Shown here: one piece after another, positions 1 through 11,781 of the stretch
Layout: each line of letters starts with the position of its first letter
Position numbering within the stretch: the stretch's first letter is position 1
Source of the DNA: Octopus sinensis
Lineage: Eukaryota
Direction of reading: 5' to 3'
DNA: 64,000 nucleotides
Assembly: GCF_006345805.1 (NCBI RefSeq)
Contig: NC_043009.1
Location: forward strand, 14,012,001 to 14,076,000
Position numbers and translations under genes: made by a program
Notes under the pieces: generated by a model
Databases searched by the model: none
Told to the model about the DNA's origin: nothing
What the model saw: the letters and a program-made list of their open reading frames with translations, nothing else

Positions 1-379
1 CGAGGCGTATAAACATCATTGCCATCTGTTACAGGCATGGACAGCCTTTTTTTTTCTTTTTCTTTTTTTTCAGTAAACCTTACGGGTTATTGTTTATCAT
101 CAACCAAGCCGCAACACTAAAAGTTAAATTTAAGCATCACATGTAGCAGAGTACATATCACGCATTATCGTAAGAAAGTGTGAGTGAACACGAGAAAAAG
201 AAACGAAATTGCTCAGATTAACAAATCTGGAACGAAAGATAATGCAATAAATCTTTCGTAATTATGTTATATTATAATCATAAAGTGACGAATGCCCAGC
301 AAAAATACATAAACAACAACGGGCTGAGTACCACAAGTCATGCCTAATCTATGAGATCAGAATAGGGATCAACTACTTC

Positions 380-620
380 TTAGCACGCCCCGGATATGAG
401 CCATGATAACGCATCTTGGGTGACGAGTGAAACTCTATGTTGTCACTTGATCTGTTAGAAATATCAGCTGAGAGTCTTTCAATTCACACCTTAACGTCCC
501 TGAAAAAGAAAGAAAACGGACATACTGCAGAATATAGTGTAGGATATTTCCATAAGAAGATGGAATGGTCATAGCTGAAATGTCTGTGATTGTTCTAATT
601 CATTAAGGGTAACGACCACA
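380..620 (+). mobile_element. Degenerate copy of an interspersed SINE-like family (family E)
   Basis: Motifs 'gttgtcacttgatctgttagaaata' and 'aagatggaatggtcatagctg' recur at ~2020-2230, ~12290-12460, ~12500-12660 and ~23905-23995; boundaries approximate. Confidence 0.5.
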
Positions 621-874
621 CAAAAATATAAGGGCCATCACTTTTATGGCTCAGGCAGAAGCGGAAAGCAGCGCATCATTTGCGGATCCTTGGCCAAGTT
701 TAAGGTAAAGAACAACTAAAACGGAAGCAACATTACCAACTTGAACAGTAGCAAGAATCAAAGAGCTGAATTTCGGGTCGAAAGATAAACTGGTCAATAT
801 CACAAATTGTGGATTAGCTGAATCGTTTATGAGTGGAATAAGATATCTTGCACAATTCGTCCCGAATCTCCCTC

Positions 875-978
875 TCTCACCTACTCACTTTTCTCTCCCT
901 CTTTCACCTTTCTCTCTCTCTCCCTCTTTCTCCCCTCTCTCCATCTTTCTCCCCTCTCTCCCTCTCCCTCTTTCTCCT

Positions 979-1017
<39 letters not shown>

Positions 1018-1030
1018 TCCTTCCCTTTCT
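875..1030. repeat. (CT)n / pyrimidine-rich microsatellite
   Basis: Direct reading; explains ORFs 829..1149, 848..1114 and 881..1162. Confidence 0.95.
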
Positions 1031-2845
1031 GGATTCTGGATTATCCCTGTTGCCGAAAGGCCTACTCAACTCAAGATAAACATTGCAGTAAGGATACACG
1101 TGATCGTAAAATAATCTACTGCTTACACGTTGATTGCAGAACTGAATGATCATCGTCGACACCGACGGAGAATCGTCAACTGTTTAACATTACGAGATCA
1201 TAAGCAATAGCATAACCTCATCTCCGAAATTATGTTAATTCCAACACTTTTGCTTTCGTCTTTAAATTTCATTGATATGGGGGTACTGTGTACTTTAGCC
1301 CCTCATTCCCAATCAAACTTTATGGAACAGAAAAGTTATTATTAAATATAATAATTAAAACGTTTCCTACTATTACAAAGTAATTATGAATTGTAGTGTG
1401 AAATATGGTTCCGAAATGTCCATCAGACATAAAATTGTTATCGCAACATCTAATTCGTTAATTAAATTATTGCGCTTTATTAGATAATGAATTAGATTTG
1501 CAGTACTTTTTATGATACTTAGAAGACTACTTCTAAATGAATATCATATTTGGTGTCACAGAATCGAATCGGGAGACTTTGTTAAATTAATTAAACAGAG
1601 ACAATTGAATCTTAATTATAATACCGAAATTGTGACTGCAGTTTACATTAGAGTATTTATATATTTATTCATTCATTCATTCATTTTACTGAATTGTATT
1701 TTCAGCATAAGGTTGCAACACTGGGCAAAAGTTTATTTTATCAGGTGAAGGAAAAAATAACCTGAATATCATCAGAGATTCATGGATGTAAATCGCATTT
1801 GTAAATTGTACTGATGAGAGTTATTTCCCTTATATCGTTTCGCGTGAACCCAAAAGCCATTGTAGCTTAGATAGTGAACGTGTTTGATTTACTGTTAAAG
1901 TTCGTATTCTGTTATTAAAAATTTCCCTTAGCGTTTTCTTTTCTTTTCTTTTTTCTCCTTTCTGGTGCTGATAAAATAAATACCATCCATTAATATTAGC
2001 AACATCGTCAAAGTGATGACGCCTGCATATTGTCGCTAAACCTGCTAGAAATAACAGCTAAATATCCGTTATATCCATACCTTGCTGTTTTAAAAAAGGC
2101 TAATCTATATTGGTTGAATAGTGTAAATCTAAGTACATTACATCAGTAAATGAGTCGGGAAGGCCACGGCAGAAATGCTTTCCCCGTCGGTCGGCTCCAT
2201 TAGAGTTGCAGTGGATTAGATAACATACTAGCAATGCGAAGTATAGACTGATCATGTTGAAAACTATAGTTAACTGGTATAAAGCAACTAAATCATAACC
2301 AGCAATGCCATCAGAGAAATAGCTGCTAAATCTCCCTCAAATTATACTTGACTACCTAAAAAAAGGCAAGAATGCATCGGACAGTACATTGTAATATTTG
2401 ACAGCCATTTTTTAATATTTATTTATTAGATGATTAATAGAGTAATCATTATACTCATGAGCCGATTGTTATAATTGATCGGCGAACTTTCGGAAGAGCT
2501 GTCGCAACCTCATGAAGAATGAAAGGAGTAAGGAATTGGGTGATTGTTTCTTTCTGTGAAAGAAGTGGTTTTTCTTTCTTTTCTTGTTTTTTTTTTTTTT
2601 TCAAAGCATTTAATTTGCTGGCGATTATTGGAATATAACAATAAGACACCTGGAGAAAACATGGCTGGATATGGTCGGAATGCATTCAATGCTTGGCTTG
2701 TTCCGTGAGAGATGTCAGGGAGCTAAGCAACATCAACAACAATAACAATAACCCTTGTGTTAACATATATTTCGTGCGAAAATATCTCAGTAAATATTGT
2801 TGTTATATAGAAAGAAAAACTGGAGAAAAATTAGCGGTTTTAGAG

Positions 2846-4066
2846 TTTTGTAAGGTAGATACGAGAGGTCGGATCTGGCCAGTTTGAACTTTAAAACAGG
2901 TAGAATATTTAGGCCTGATATGCCCGGTTCAAATAATAAAGGGTTAAATACAATTTCTTTTAGGTTTGGTGTGAATGCATATACTGTTGGTGTAAAACGA
3001 CGATGCAAGAAATAGCAGCTAAAAGACAAGGTTTGGTATACAAGCAAGAGGCTGTGTGCATTTCATTATAATTCATTTAGTTTAATTACTCTATAACAAA
3101 AACAAGACAAACAAAATGGAATACACTCTTACGTTATTACTCTTCAGTAAAGGAATGCTGTGTCGTATCGTTCTTAACGTTTTCAAATAACATTAGTAAC
3201 CTAGATGAGAAGTTAGGGTAAATAATTTGTAGAATTGGGGCTATAACATCTTTTTACAATAACTGCTGTGCATTTTGTTCTTTGCAGTTTCAAATCAGTT
3301 GCAATTCCTGATGAAGGAATTCTTTTATAACAAAATTCTCAACATAACTAATACTTACATGATAAACTACTGATGTTGCCCTATGTAGTTCTAACTTTGC
3401 TAACTTCTGCCGTAACACTAACACTTACCATTTTATGAATACATTGGTAAGTCATTGTATCAAAGCATTCGATTCGATAGTAATTTTAGTGCCACCAGAT
3501 TTTTTTTCCGAGATAGTACGTCCATAACGCAAAATGAATGAAACTATTTCAGAATATGATACAACAGTTTTCACCTAATTTTTCTTAAAATATTACCTGT
3601 AGCAACGTATCATTAATATGAATTTTCATATGAAATACGCAGTAGTGGACTGTAACACCAATTATCATATTTTGTAAAGAACTCAAAACGCTTTCAGCTG
3701 AACCGCTCCTTAGTAATATTCGCCTACAACTAATTCAGTGATATTAGCCAATAATTTAAGGAACTTTGAAGAGTAATAACGTAAGAATGTATTCCATTTT
3801 GTTTGTCTGTTTTTGTTATAGAGTAATTAAACTAAATGAATTATAATGAAATGCACACAGCCTCTTGCTTGTCTACCAAACCTTGTCTTTTAGCTGCTAT
3901 TTCTTGCAATCTCATTTCACACCAACAGTATATGCGTTCACACCAAACCTAAAAAAAAGTGTATTTAACTCTTTATTATTTGAACCGGCCATATCAGGCC
4001 AAAATATTCTACCTGTTTTAAAGTTCAAACTGGCCGGATCTGATCTCTCGTATCTACCTTACAAAA
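2846..4066. repeat. Inverted duplication with ~300-bp arms (2846-3146 and 3767-4066) and ~620-bp spacer
   Basis: Arms are reverse complements with scattered mismatches; near-identical ORF translations 2787..3047(-) and 3865..4125(+). Confidence 0.95.
3225..3420 (-). pseudogene. Frameshifted DNA-transposase remnant (hAT-like N-terminal region)
   Basis: Manual translation across frameshifts gives 'LELHRATSVVYHVSI...IATDLKLQRTKCTAVI.KDVIAP', resembling the 'KLxRTKCT..I.NV.AP' segment I recall from hAT-type transposases. Confidence 0.45.
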
Positions 4067-4660
4067 TCATTCTGAAATTAAACATTCACTTCATCGAAAT
4101 TTCAAAGCTACAAGATAATGCATGAGTAATTCTGAGTTCAATTTCCGCCGAGATCGACTTTGCCTTTCATCCTTTCGGGGTCGATAAATTAAGTACCAGT
4201 TACGCATTTGTGCCGATGTAATCGTCTTAATCCGTTTGTCCGTCATTGTTTGTCCCCTCTGTGTTTAGCCCCTTGTGGGTAGTAAAGAAATAGGTATTTC
4301 ATCTGCCGGTACGTTCTGAGTTCAAACTCCGCCGGGGTCGACTTTGCCTTTCATCCTTTCGGGGTCGATTAAATAAGTACCAGTTACACACTGGGGTCGA
4401 TGTAATCTACTTGTCTGTCCTTGTTTGTCCTCTCTATGTTTAGTCCCCTGTGGCCAATAAAGAAATAAATATTTCCCCATAAGAAGATGGTGAGCTGGCA
4501 GAATCGTTCGCACGCCAGGCAAAATGATTAGCGGCATTTCGCCCGTTTTTGTGTTCTGAGTTCAAATTTCAAAGCTTCAAGATAATGCATGAGTAATTCA
4601 AAAGAATGTGAATGAATAAGAATTAGATTTGACAAAATAATCTGAATGCTGAAGAATTAA
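3965..4660. mobile_element. TTAA-flanked MITE (piggyBac-like ends), interrupted by a SINE segment at 4133-4563
   Basis: Starts TTAA-ctcttt, ends gctgaagaa-TTAA; internal 36-bp sequence duplicated on each side of the SINE insert (4097-4132, 4564-4599). Confidence 0.65.
4133..4568 (+). mobile_element. Family A tRNA-derived SINE, tandem and circularly permuted (body-tail, body-tail, head)
   Basis: Two copies of body 'gtcgactttgcctttcatcctttcggggtcgat..aagtaccagtt' followed by head 'tgagctggcagaatcgtt...gttctgagttcaaatt'. Confidence 0.9.
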
Positions 4661-4709
4661 TGAAGAAGAATGGAGCTGTATCAAAAATGGAAGAAACGAA
4701 AATGGAACT

Positions 4710-5050
4710 TTGACTCCTCGAGGCAAACTTCACATATACTTCTACCTATTTCGTATGGTTTAACTCAACTGAGGATTGACCATTTCAGCTCATATTCTTT
4801 TTGACCCCTTTAAGTTGCCATACTAGCTTGCTAAGTGATCCCACATTTTCTTTAATTTTATGCTTAAATGACGAGATGTGGCTGTAATAGACTCTTCTTT
4901 GTTATAACCAGAAATGGATTTGATGAACGTAGCATTAATTTCTGAAGTCGTTCAATTATCCCCAATTGACCAATAGACTGATTGAGTATACTTAGCAGTA
5001 ATGTACTTGTAATGGCTACTGGAAACAGCTGTAAGCCTGACATGCTCCAA
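4710..5050 (-). pseudogene. Penelope-like element GIY-YIG endonuclease remnant
   Basis: Manual translation 'GSLSKLVWQLK..KEYELKWSILS*VKPYEIGRSICEVCLEE' matches the PLE endonuclease C-terminal pattern (LSK.IW.LK...KWSIL...PY...C.LCLEE). Confidence 0.6.
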
Positions 5051-5323
5051 AGAAGGAAAAAATATGTTATGACCATTATTTTTAACTGAGTAATAAACAA
5101 TTTGTCTGGAGCCCCACCATGGATTTATGATATATAATTTTGAGAAACCAAAACCTTGGACCCTACCACGATATTACCTGGAGTTCTTCACTAATATAAA
5201 TAATACTGTTAGCTTGGTGTGCCAACCGAAGGCTTATGAGGTATTTTACCCAGATGGATAATCCTTCGCTATTTTGTGTGTGTATGTGTGTGTGCATGTG
5301 TGTGTGCGTGCGTGTGTGCGTGC

Positions 5324-5365
<42 letters not shown>

Positions 5366-5814
5366 ATAATCAAAGGACACATTGAAGTGTCTATCCGCTA
5401 GAAATAAGAGTTAAAGCCCTCATTTGGACTACCAAAAATTACACTGAAAATACATACATACATGCATACGTGCGAGCATACATACATACATACATACATA
5501 CATACATACATACATACATACATACATACATACATACATGCATACATATACATATGTATGTTTGCGATTACTCAGGCCATTGGAAAGTACGATATCTCCC
5601 ACTGAGGCAAGAGGCAAGTATTTCACCTGGGCTAAAAACTGCTACTCCCCAGGGTCAGGCATTGAATTTTCCCCCAACCGGTAATATAATTGCTAATCCA
5701 TCCATGATTTCAGTTTTATCTTCCTTTGAGTTGTACCTAATACACTATACTTAGATCGCTTGCTACCTCACTCATGAACATACACTCTCTCTCTCTCTTT
5801 CTCTCTCCATATAC

Positions 5815-5845
<31 letters not shown>

Positions 5846-5849
<4 letters not shown>

Positions 5850-5946
5850 TAATCCAAACGAGAAAACAGAAAAAACAACAACACAAGGAGGTGGAACAAT
5901 TAAAGTATTATTTTTAGGCGCTCAGGAAAACGGGAAGAAGGAGGGT
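5846..5946 (-). mobile_element. PLE-type terminal fragment embedded in (TA)n; same family as 38998-39137 but lacking the hammerhead
   Basis: Aligns by eye with 38998-39104; (TA)n on both sides. Confidence 0.8.
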
Positions 5947-6058
5947 ATATATATATATAATAACAAAGGGTAAAATTAATTAATTAAGAAGTAATCAATA
6001 ATTTCACCAAGTAGAATTCGGCATGAAAAAAGGACCATTTCATTATAAACTTAAGTAA

Positions 6059-6150
6059 TACTTAATAATTAGCGTTCAGCAAAGATTTGCTTTACCACAT
6101 ACCGAAGTTTAGAAATAGCAGTGAAATCTTTGCTGAACCATAATTATTAA

Positions 6151-6154
<4 letters not shown>
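6059..6154. repeat. Hairpin with ~28-bp imperfect arms inside a (TA)n-flanked insert
   Basis: 'cttaataattagcgttcagcaaagattt' vs reverse complement of 'aaatctttgctgaaccataattattaag'. Confidence 0.8.
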
Positions 6155-6194
<40 letters not shown>

Positions 6195-6274
6195 TTGTGT
6201 GTGTGTGTAATTGATTTTAACAGTTGAACTTGTAGTCTATGAAGCTATGAATAATAGTGTGTAAATATTCTTTT

Positions 6275-6465
6275 CTATTCTAAGCACAAGGCCACAAATT
6301 TTGGGGGAGATGGCCAGTCGGTTAGATCGACCTCAGTACGCAACTGGTACTTAATATATTGACTCCGAAAGGATAAAATGCAAAATCGACCTCGGTGGAA
6401 TTTGAACTTAGAACTTAAGGACAGACGAAATAATGCTAAGCATTCCACCCGGCGTGCTAACGTTT
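6275..6465 (-). mobile_element. Family A SINE, tail type 2
   Basis: Family A body and B-box-like 'agttctaagttcaaattcc' on the minus strand; tail 'aatttgtggccttgtgcttagaatagaaaag'. Confidence 0.85.
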
Positions 6466-6709
6466 CTGAATAGTTTGTAAATATTGGGTAAAACTACTTT
6501 TGGACTGAAAAAGTCGGAGGCTGCCCGTAGGACAAAACATACATCTGTGAGCATGACATGTTCTACCATTGCACGTAAACATTATAAGTGCATGTGTGTG
6601 TAAGTGTGTATGTATATGTATGTGCGTGTATGCGTGTGTGTGTGTGTTGTGTGTGTGTGTGTGGTGTGTGTGTGCAGGCTCGAATGCGTATTATAAATAA
6701 ACATATATA

Positions 6710-6940
6710 TATTTCTTTATTGCCCACAAGGGGCTAAACATAGAGGGGACAAACAAAGACAGACAAAGGGATTAAGTCGATTACATCGACCCCAGTGCGT
6801 AACTGGTACTTTATTTATCGACCCCGAAAGGATGAAAGGCAAAGTCGACCTCGGCGGAATTTGAACTCAGAACGTAGCGGCAGACGAAATACCACTAAGC
6901 GTTTCGCCCGGCGCTCTAACGTGACTGCCAGCTCACCGCC
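6710..6940 (-). mobile_element. Family A SINE, full length, tail type 1, 19-bp TSD
   Basis: Head 'ggcggtgagctggcag', B box 'gttctgagttcaaattcc'; TSD ttataaataaacatatata at 6691-6709 and 6941-6959. Confidence 0.95.
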
Positions 6941-6959
6941 TTATAAATAAACATATATA

Positions 6960-7357
6960 GGCGCAAGCGTGGTAGTGTAATAAGAAGCTTGTTTCCCAAC
7001 TACATGATTCCAGGTTCAGTCCCACTGCGTGGCATCTTCAGAAAGTGATTTCTACTACAGCCAATGTCGTGGGAGAAAAATTCGGTTGATGGAAATTGAA
7101 AGAAGCCCATCATATGTGCGTGTATGTGTGTGTGTGTGTATCCATGTTTGTCTCCCATCACTGCTTGACAGACAACCAGTGTTGGTGTGTTTGCGTCCCC
7201 GTAACATAGTGGTTCGGCAAAAGATGTCGATAGAATAAGTATCAGGCTTTAAGAGGAAAAAAATAATGGTGTCGATTTCTTCCACTAAAAATTCTTCAAA
7301 GTGGTGTACCAGCATGGCCGCAGTCTAATGACTGTAACAAGTAAAAGATAAAAGATA
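6960..7357 (+). mobile_element. Family C tRNA-derived SINE with internal (TG/TA)n microsatellite
   Basis: Head with 'ggttcagtcccactgcgtggca', internal microsatellite, 3' stem-loop tail 'cagcatggccgcagtctaatgactg' plus (GATAAAA)n. Confidence 0.9.
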
Positions 7358-7377
7358 ATATATATATATATTACACA

Positions 7378-7600
7378 CATGGCCCAGTGGTTAGGGCAGC
7401 GGACTCACGGTCGTAGGATCGCGGTTTCGATTCCCAGACCGGGCGTTGTGAGTGTTTATTGAGCGAAAACACCTAAAAGCTCCACGATGCTCCGGCAGTG
7501 GGGGCGGGTGGGGGCGATCCCTGCTGTACTTAATTCAAATGGCGGTGCCCCAGCAAGGCCACAGCTCGTGAGCTGAAACTAGATTAAATAAAAAAAAAAA
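7378..7600 (+). mobile_element. Family B-head SINE ending in a CR1-type LINE tail
   Basis: Head 'tggcccagtggttagggcagcggactc...ggtttcgattccc'; the 49 nt at 7537-7585 match LINE end 59355-59403 at 46/49. Confidence 0.9.
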
Positions 7601-8056
7601 CCTGTATATATTGTGGGTGTGTATGTTTTGTTGTGTTGTGTTGATGTTAATAAAAAATTATGGATTTTGTACGTGATTATATTGTTATCAGTTATATATA
7701 GTAGCAGTGGTTAAATGCATGTATACAAATATATGTGATTACATACATTCATCAATATATACTTCCTTGCCATAAATACTCATTAATACGTACGGGCGTT
7801 TTCGCATCATTGTATTCATTTGTGTATGTATGTACGTATGTAGGAACAAATGGTGTATCTAAATATACGCACGAAAACGTTTATTTAAAATATTTGCCCT
7901 CCCAAATACACACTAACAAGCACCCTTACACCTGCAGCTGCCCTCACACACACATTCGAACACACACATGCACACACACACCTGCACAATCATGTGCGCG
8001 CGCTTTTATTGTAGGAAACTGCAGTAAATTATAATAAACTAACAAGGTGTCATGCA

Positions 8057-8295
8057 GGCGCGTGGTTTAGTGGTTAAGGGTGTCGGACTCATTTTCCTAA
8101 TATTGTGGTTTCGATTCATGAGTCAGGCGACACGTCGTGTTCTTGAGCAAAACACTTCAGGTTACTCCTGTTTACTCAGCTTGAAAAAATGAGTAATCCT
8201 GCGACGAACTGGCGTGCTGCCCAGGGAGAGTTATATGCGCCATGGAAACCGGGAAACCGGCCCTTTGAGTCTATATTACACGGAAAGGATCTTTA
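8057..8295 (+). mobile_element. Family G-head SINE with body X
   Basis: Head 'ggcgcgtggtttagtggtt...ggtttcgattc', 'cttgagcaaaacactt', then 'ctgcgacgaactggcg...ggaaaccgggaaaccggccc'. Confidence 0.8.
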
Positions 8296-8799
8296 TCCTT
8301 TAACAAGGTGACACCCAATTCATACGATGCTTTATCAAGTGAATTGTGACAACTTCCTGCAGATTAGTTCTTGATTATACTTTGTCGCCAGTTATGTCGA
8401 ATTATTTTCAAAGTTTTCATAGCAACCAATTTTCCGAACGCATTTTCCATAGCAACGGTCTAAGAACAATTTTTGATGAAGCATTTTGGGAGGATGTAAC
8501 GTTATGATTTCCGTAGTCTTTTGGTAGGGTATTTTCTTTCTTGCAAAGTAATTGTTATAAATTAGAATGTGTGCAGGATTAAAACAAGCTTTGTGCATTG
8601 CTGTGGTACACAGATTATTAACCTTTAGACAGGAGAAAGATAATATCGTGTGCATGGAAAACTTTGAACTCAGTGAGATACAAGATAAATATTAAATACT
8701 ATAAAACATGTTGACCTGCGAACAATTATGACAGACTATATACTTGTCCTTTTTTTATTGAGATGCAGCTTCAAAAGTACCAGACCAGTTGTAATCTTA

Positions 8800-9160
8800 A
8801 TATTTGCTTTTCATCTTTTCAGAGTCGATTAAACAAGTACCAGTTACGCACTGGGGTCGATGTAATCTACTTAGTCCCTTTGTCTGTTCTTGTTTGTCCT
8901 CTCTATGTTTAGTCCCCTGTGGCCAAATAAGAAATAAATATTTCCTCGTAGTGGTAAGCTGGCAGAATCGTTCGCACGCCAGGCATTTCGCCCGTTTTTT
9001 TTGTTGTCTGAGTTCAAATTCGACCGAGGTCGACTTTGCCTTTCATCCCTTTTGAAGTCGATAAAATAAGTACCGGTTGAGCAGTGGGGTCAGTGTAATA
9101 GGCTTAGCCCATTTCCCGAACTTGCAGGCCTTGTGTCAAAATTTGCTACCATTATTTGCC
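8800..9160 (+). mobile_element. Composite family A SINE (body-tail1, spacer, head-body-tail3)
   Basis: Shares junction and private variants ('aatcgttcgcacgccaggca') with 4380-4560. Confidence 0.85.
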
Positions 9161-9508
9161 CAGAAAGTAAAGCTGATGTAAATGGAGAAATAACTGTTCG
9201 AAGATTCAGTTCGGCAACATATCCCACTCTCACCAATAACTTATGACATGCGCAATGTTTAGTATTAATCGAAAGTAAATGAACAAAAAAATGTGTTGAC
9301 TGCTATTATTTTACTATCCGTATATATTTATTGTCTTGCTATGAATGAGGTCTGTATTCCTGTTTGATAGCTTCTTAAAGTCATTTTTACGAAGCAGTGA
9401 CGGAATAACCGAGTGCAGAAACTACAAGACAGCTAATAATTCCATTTATAGTAATCTAAGACTATTGCGCCGATTCTCGCAGAGCATTATAAAGCTTAAC
9501 CCTCTTTA

Positions 9509-9509
<1 letters not shown>

Positions 9510-9607
<98 letters not shown>

Positions 9608-9610
9608 ATG

Positions 9611-9659
<49 letters not shown>

Positions 9660-9680
9660 TAATAATAATAATGATGATAA
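9510..9680. repeat. (TA)n(TG)n(AAT)n compound microsatellite
   Basis: Direct reading. Confidence 0.95.
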
Positions 9681-9855
9681 TAATACAGGTGAAAAAATTG
9701 AATATTAATTTGATTAATATCATTTAAAACAGTGGTCTAGCATGTAGAAAATTTAAAGTTTCAGGAAAAAATTATATTACATACATATAAGTGGACACCC
9801 CTCTATATGTATAGTGTATATATAATATATATATGATATATATATATATATATTA

Positions 9856-9890
<35 letters not shown>

Positions 9891-10493
9891 CTGTGTACCA
9901 CTTAAAGAAAGCGTTATGATTTTTCTTTTTTCTTTTTCTTTTCTAACAGCTGAGAAGAAGAAAATTAATCTCAAAACAGAAACCAGGACCGAATTCTTGC
10001 GAAAGAATGAACAGAATAAAAGCATCCAAGGACCTTTATTTCCCCCTCTTCGTTCAGGTGGTGGTATTAAATCGAGCGATGAATTAAATCTACCACCCAA
10101 GAACTCAGAACATTAGTAGCTTGAATAAATACCACCAAACCTCTCAGTATATCGTTGGTGGTGGAAATGTGAAAACCGTTGGCAGAGTAATTAAGAAGAT
10201 AGTGGGCTGACCGCGCAACAACCAATGGTAGTTGTATGAGAAAAAGAAGATATCAACTGTGATGAGGGCAAACTCAGGTGGTGCCCTACCTCCACTACCA
10301 CCACAGCTATCCTCGTTAGAGCCCACAAGGCTGACTATACATATTAATAACCTTACCTCGAAGTACCTGAATATCTAATCCTAACAGTTTGATGATAGGT
10401 GGTAAGTTACAAGGCACGTTGTCTAGAAACGCAAAGCTACAATGGAATTAAATATATCATTCTTGAGCGAGTGTTTTACAATATTGTAATATA

Positions 10494-11781
10494 CGTTCAA
10501 AGTATATTCGACCTTTGGGCATATGAAAAAATAAACAATTTTGTACATTTCCCAACTTTTATTTAATCAACTTCAAAATACTCCCCTTGGAAGTTCACAC
10601 ACTTTTCCCAGCGGTTCTGCCACTGCTGGTAACACCTCTGGAACGCCTTCTCTGGAATGCTCAGGAGATCCATTGTTGCTTTTCCCATAATTTCCTTTCA
10701 CGACTAAAATCGCTTCCCTTTCAGCGTAGTTTTCAGATTGGAAAAGAGCCAGATCTCACACGGTGCCAAGTCGGGAAAACCTGCTGAACAAGTGATGCGT
10801 TGTTCTTGAACAGGAAAACCTGGATTATATGGGCGGAATGAGCGGACGCATTATCGAGGTGAAGTTGCCCATATGTCCAGCCGCTTTCGACTCACAGCAT
10901 CAGGAAGGCGATGTATAACCACCAAGTAGTATTCCTTATTGATTGATTGGCCTTGTGGTGGGTATTCATGATTCGCAATTCTATGGAGTCAACGAAACAG
11001 GTCAACGTTACCCTTAAGTTGCTGCTAATCTGTCGCGCTTCTTTGAGCCTTGGTGCAAATGGATGCTTCCATTGGGAAGACTGGAACTTAGTTTCCAGGT
11101 CGTGACCATAAACCCATGTTTCATCACCGGTGATGATGGTCTTCATGAAGTCTGGGTCGCAGTTTGCACGGTCCATTATGTCCTGAGCGATGTCCATGTG
11201 GAGTTGCCTCTGCTGAATTTCGCCGACACTCTCCGCATGTACAAATTTTGTGTTAAAATGGAAGGCAACGATACTTTGCTTACTCCCAATTCGTGAGTAA
11301 TTTCCTGGATTGATACACAACGGTCTTCATGACAATTCGCCGAGCCTTTTCAATCGGATCCTCGTTTCGGGATGTGGATAGACTGCTTCAGCGTCCCTCG
11401 TCCTCCACATAGGCGCAGCCATGTTTAAAGCGCTTGTACCACGCTTTGATCTGAATTTTGCCCATGGCGCCCTCGCCAAAGGCCTACTGAACATTTTCGT
11501 TGGTTTGAGCATGACTATCACCAAGCTTTTGTCGAAATATGATGCAATATCTTTACTCAATGCGTTTGGTTATCTTGCCTGAAAACAAAAATCCGACGAG
11601 CACGCACTACACGTCTGTACTCTAGGCGCAACAGCCGGGAGCTGACGCGGTCTACCGGCGCGAAAATTTCCGTGCATGCGCAGAAAGGGTCGTGTCATCT
11701 TCCACCCAAAGGATTTTGCCCAGGTGACATTAGTTGTGGCGGGAGAAAAAAAAAAGTCGGATCCTTTTTTAACGCACCTCG
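10494..11781 (-). mobile_element. Near full-length degenerate mariner (DD34D-type) transposon, ~1.29 kb
   Basis: Minus-strand 'IITGDETWVY', 'HLDNASAH', 'PDLAPCEIWLF'; N-terminal helix-turn-helix-like 'WYKRFKHG'; TIR 'cgaggtgcgttaaaaaaggatccgac' at the right end with a decayed left counterpart; TA flanks. Confidence 0.92.

Noticed and set aside
646-704. ATG...AAG|GTAAAG mini-exon (MAQAEAESSASFADPWPSL)
   Set aside because: Only 59 nt, no homology recognised, and its phase is incompatible with the 9948 acceptor frame; expected by chance.
1811-1850. CTGATGA hammerhead core (also 3309 and 61514)
   Set aside because: No downstream GAAA or closing helices; the latter two lie within transposase/RT coding remnants.
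6960-7050. tRNA genes at SINE heads (also 21787, 33154, 57060 and others)
   Set aside because: A/B boxes are present but there is no complete cloverleaf, and each continues into a SINE body.
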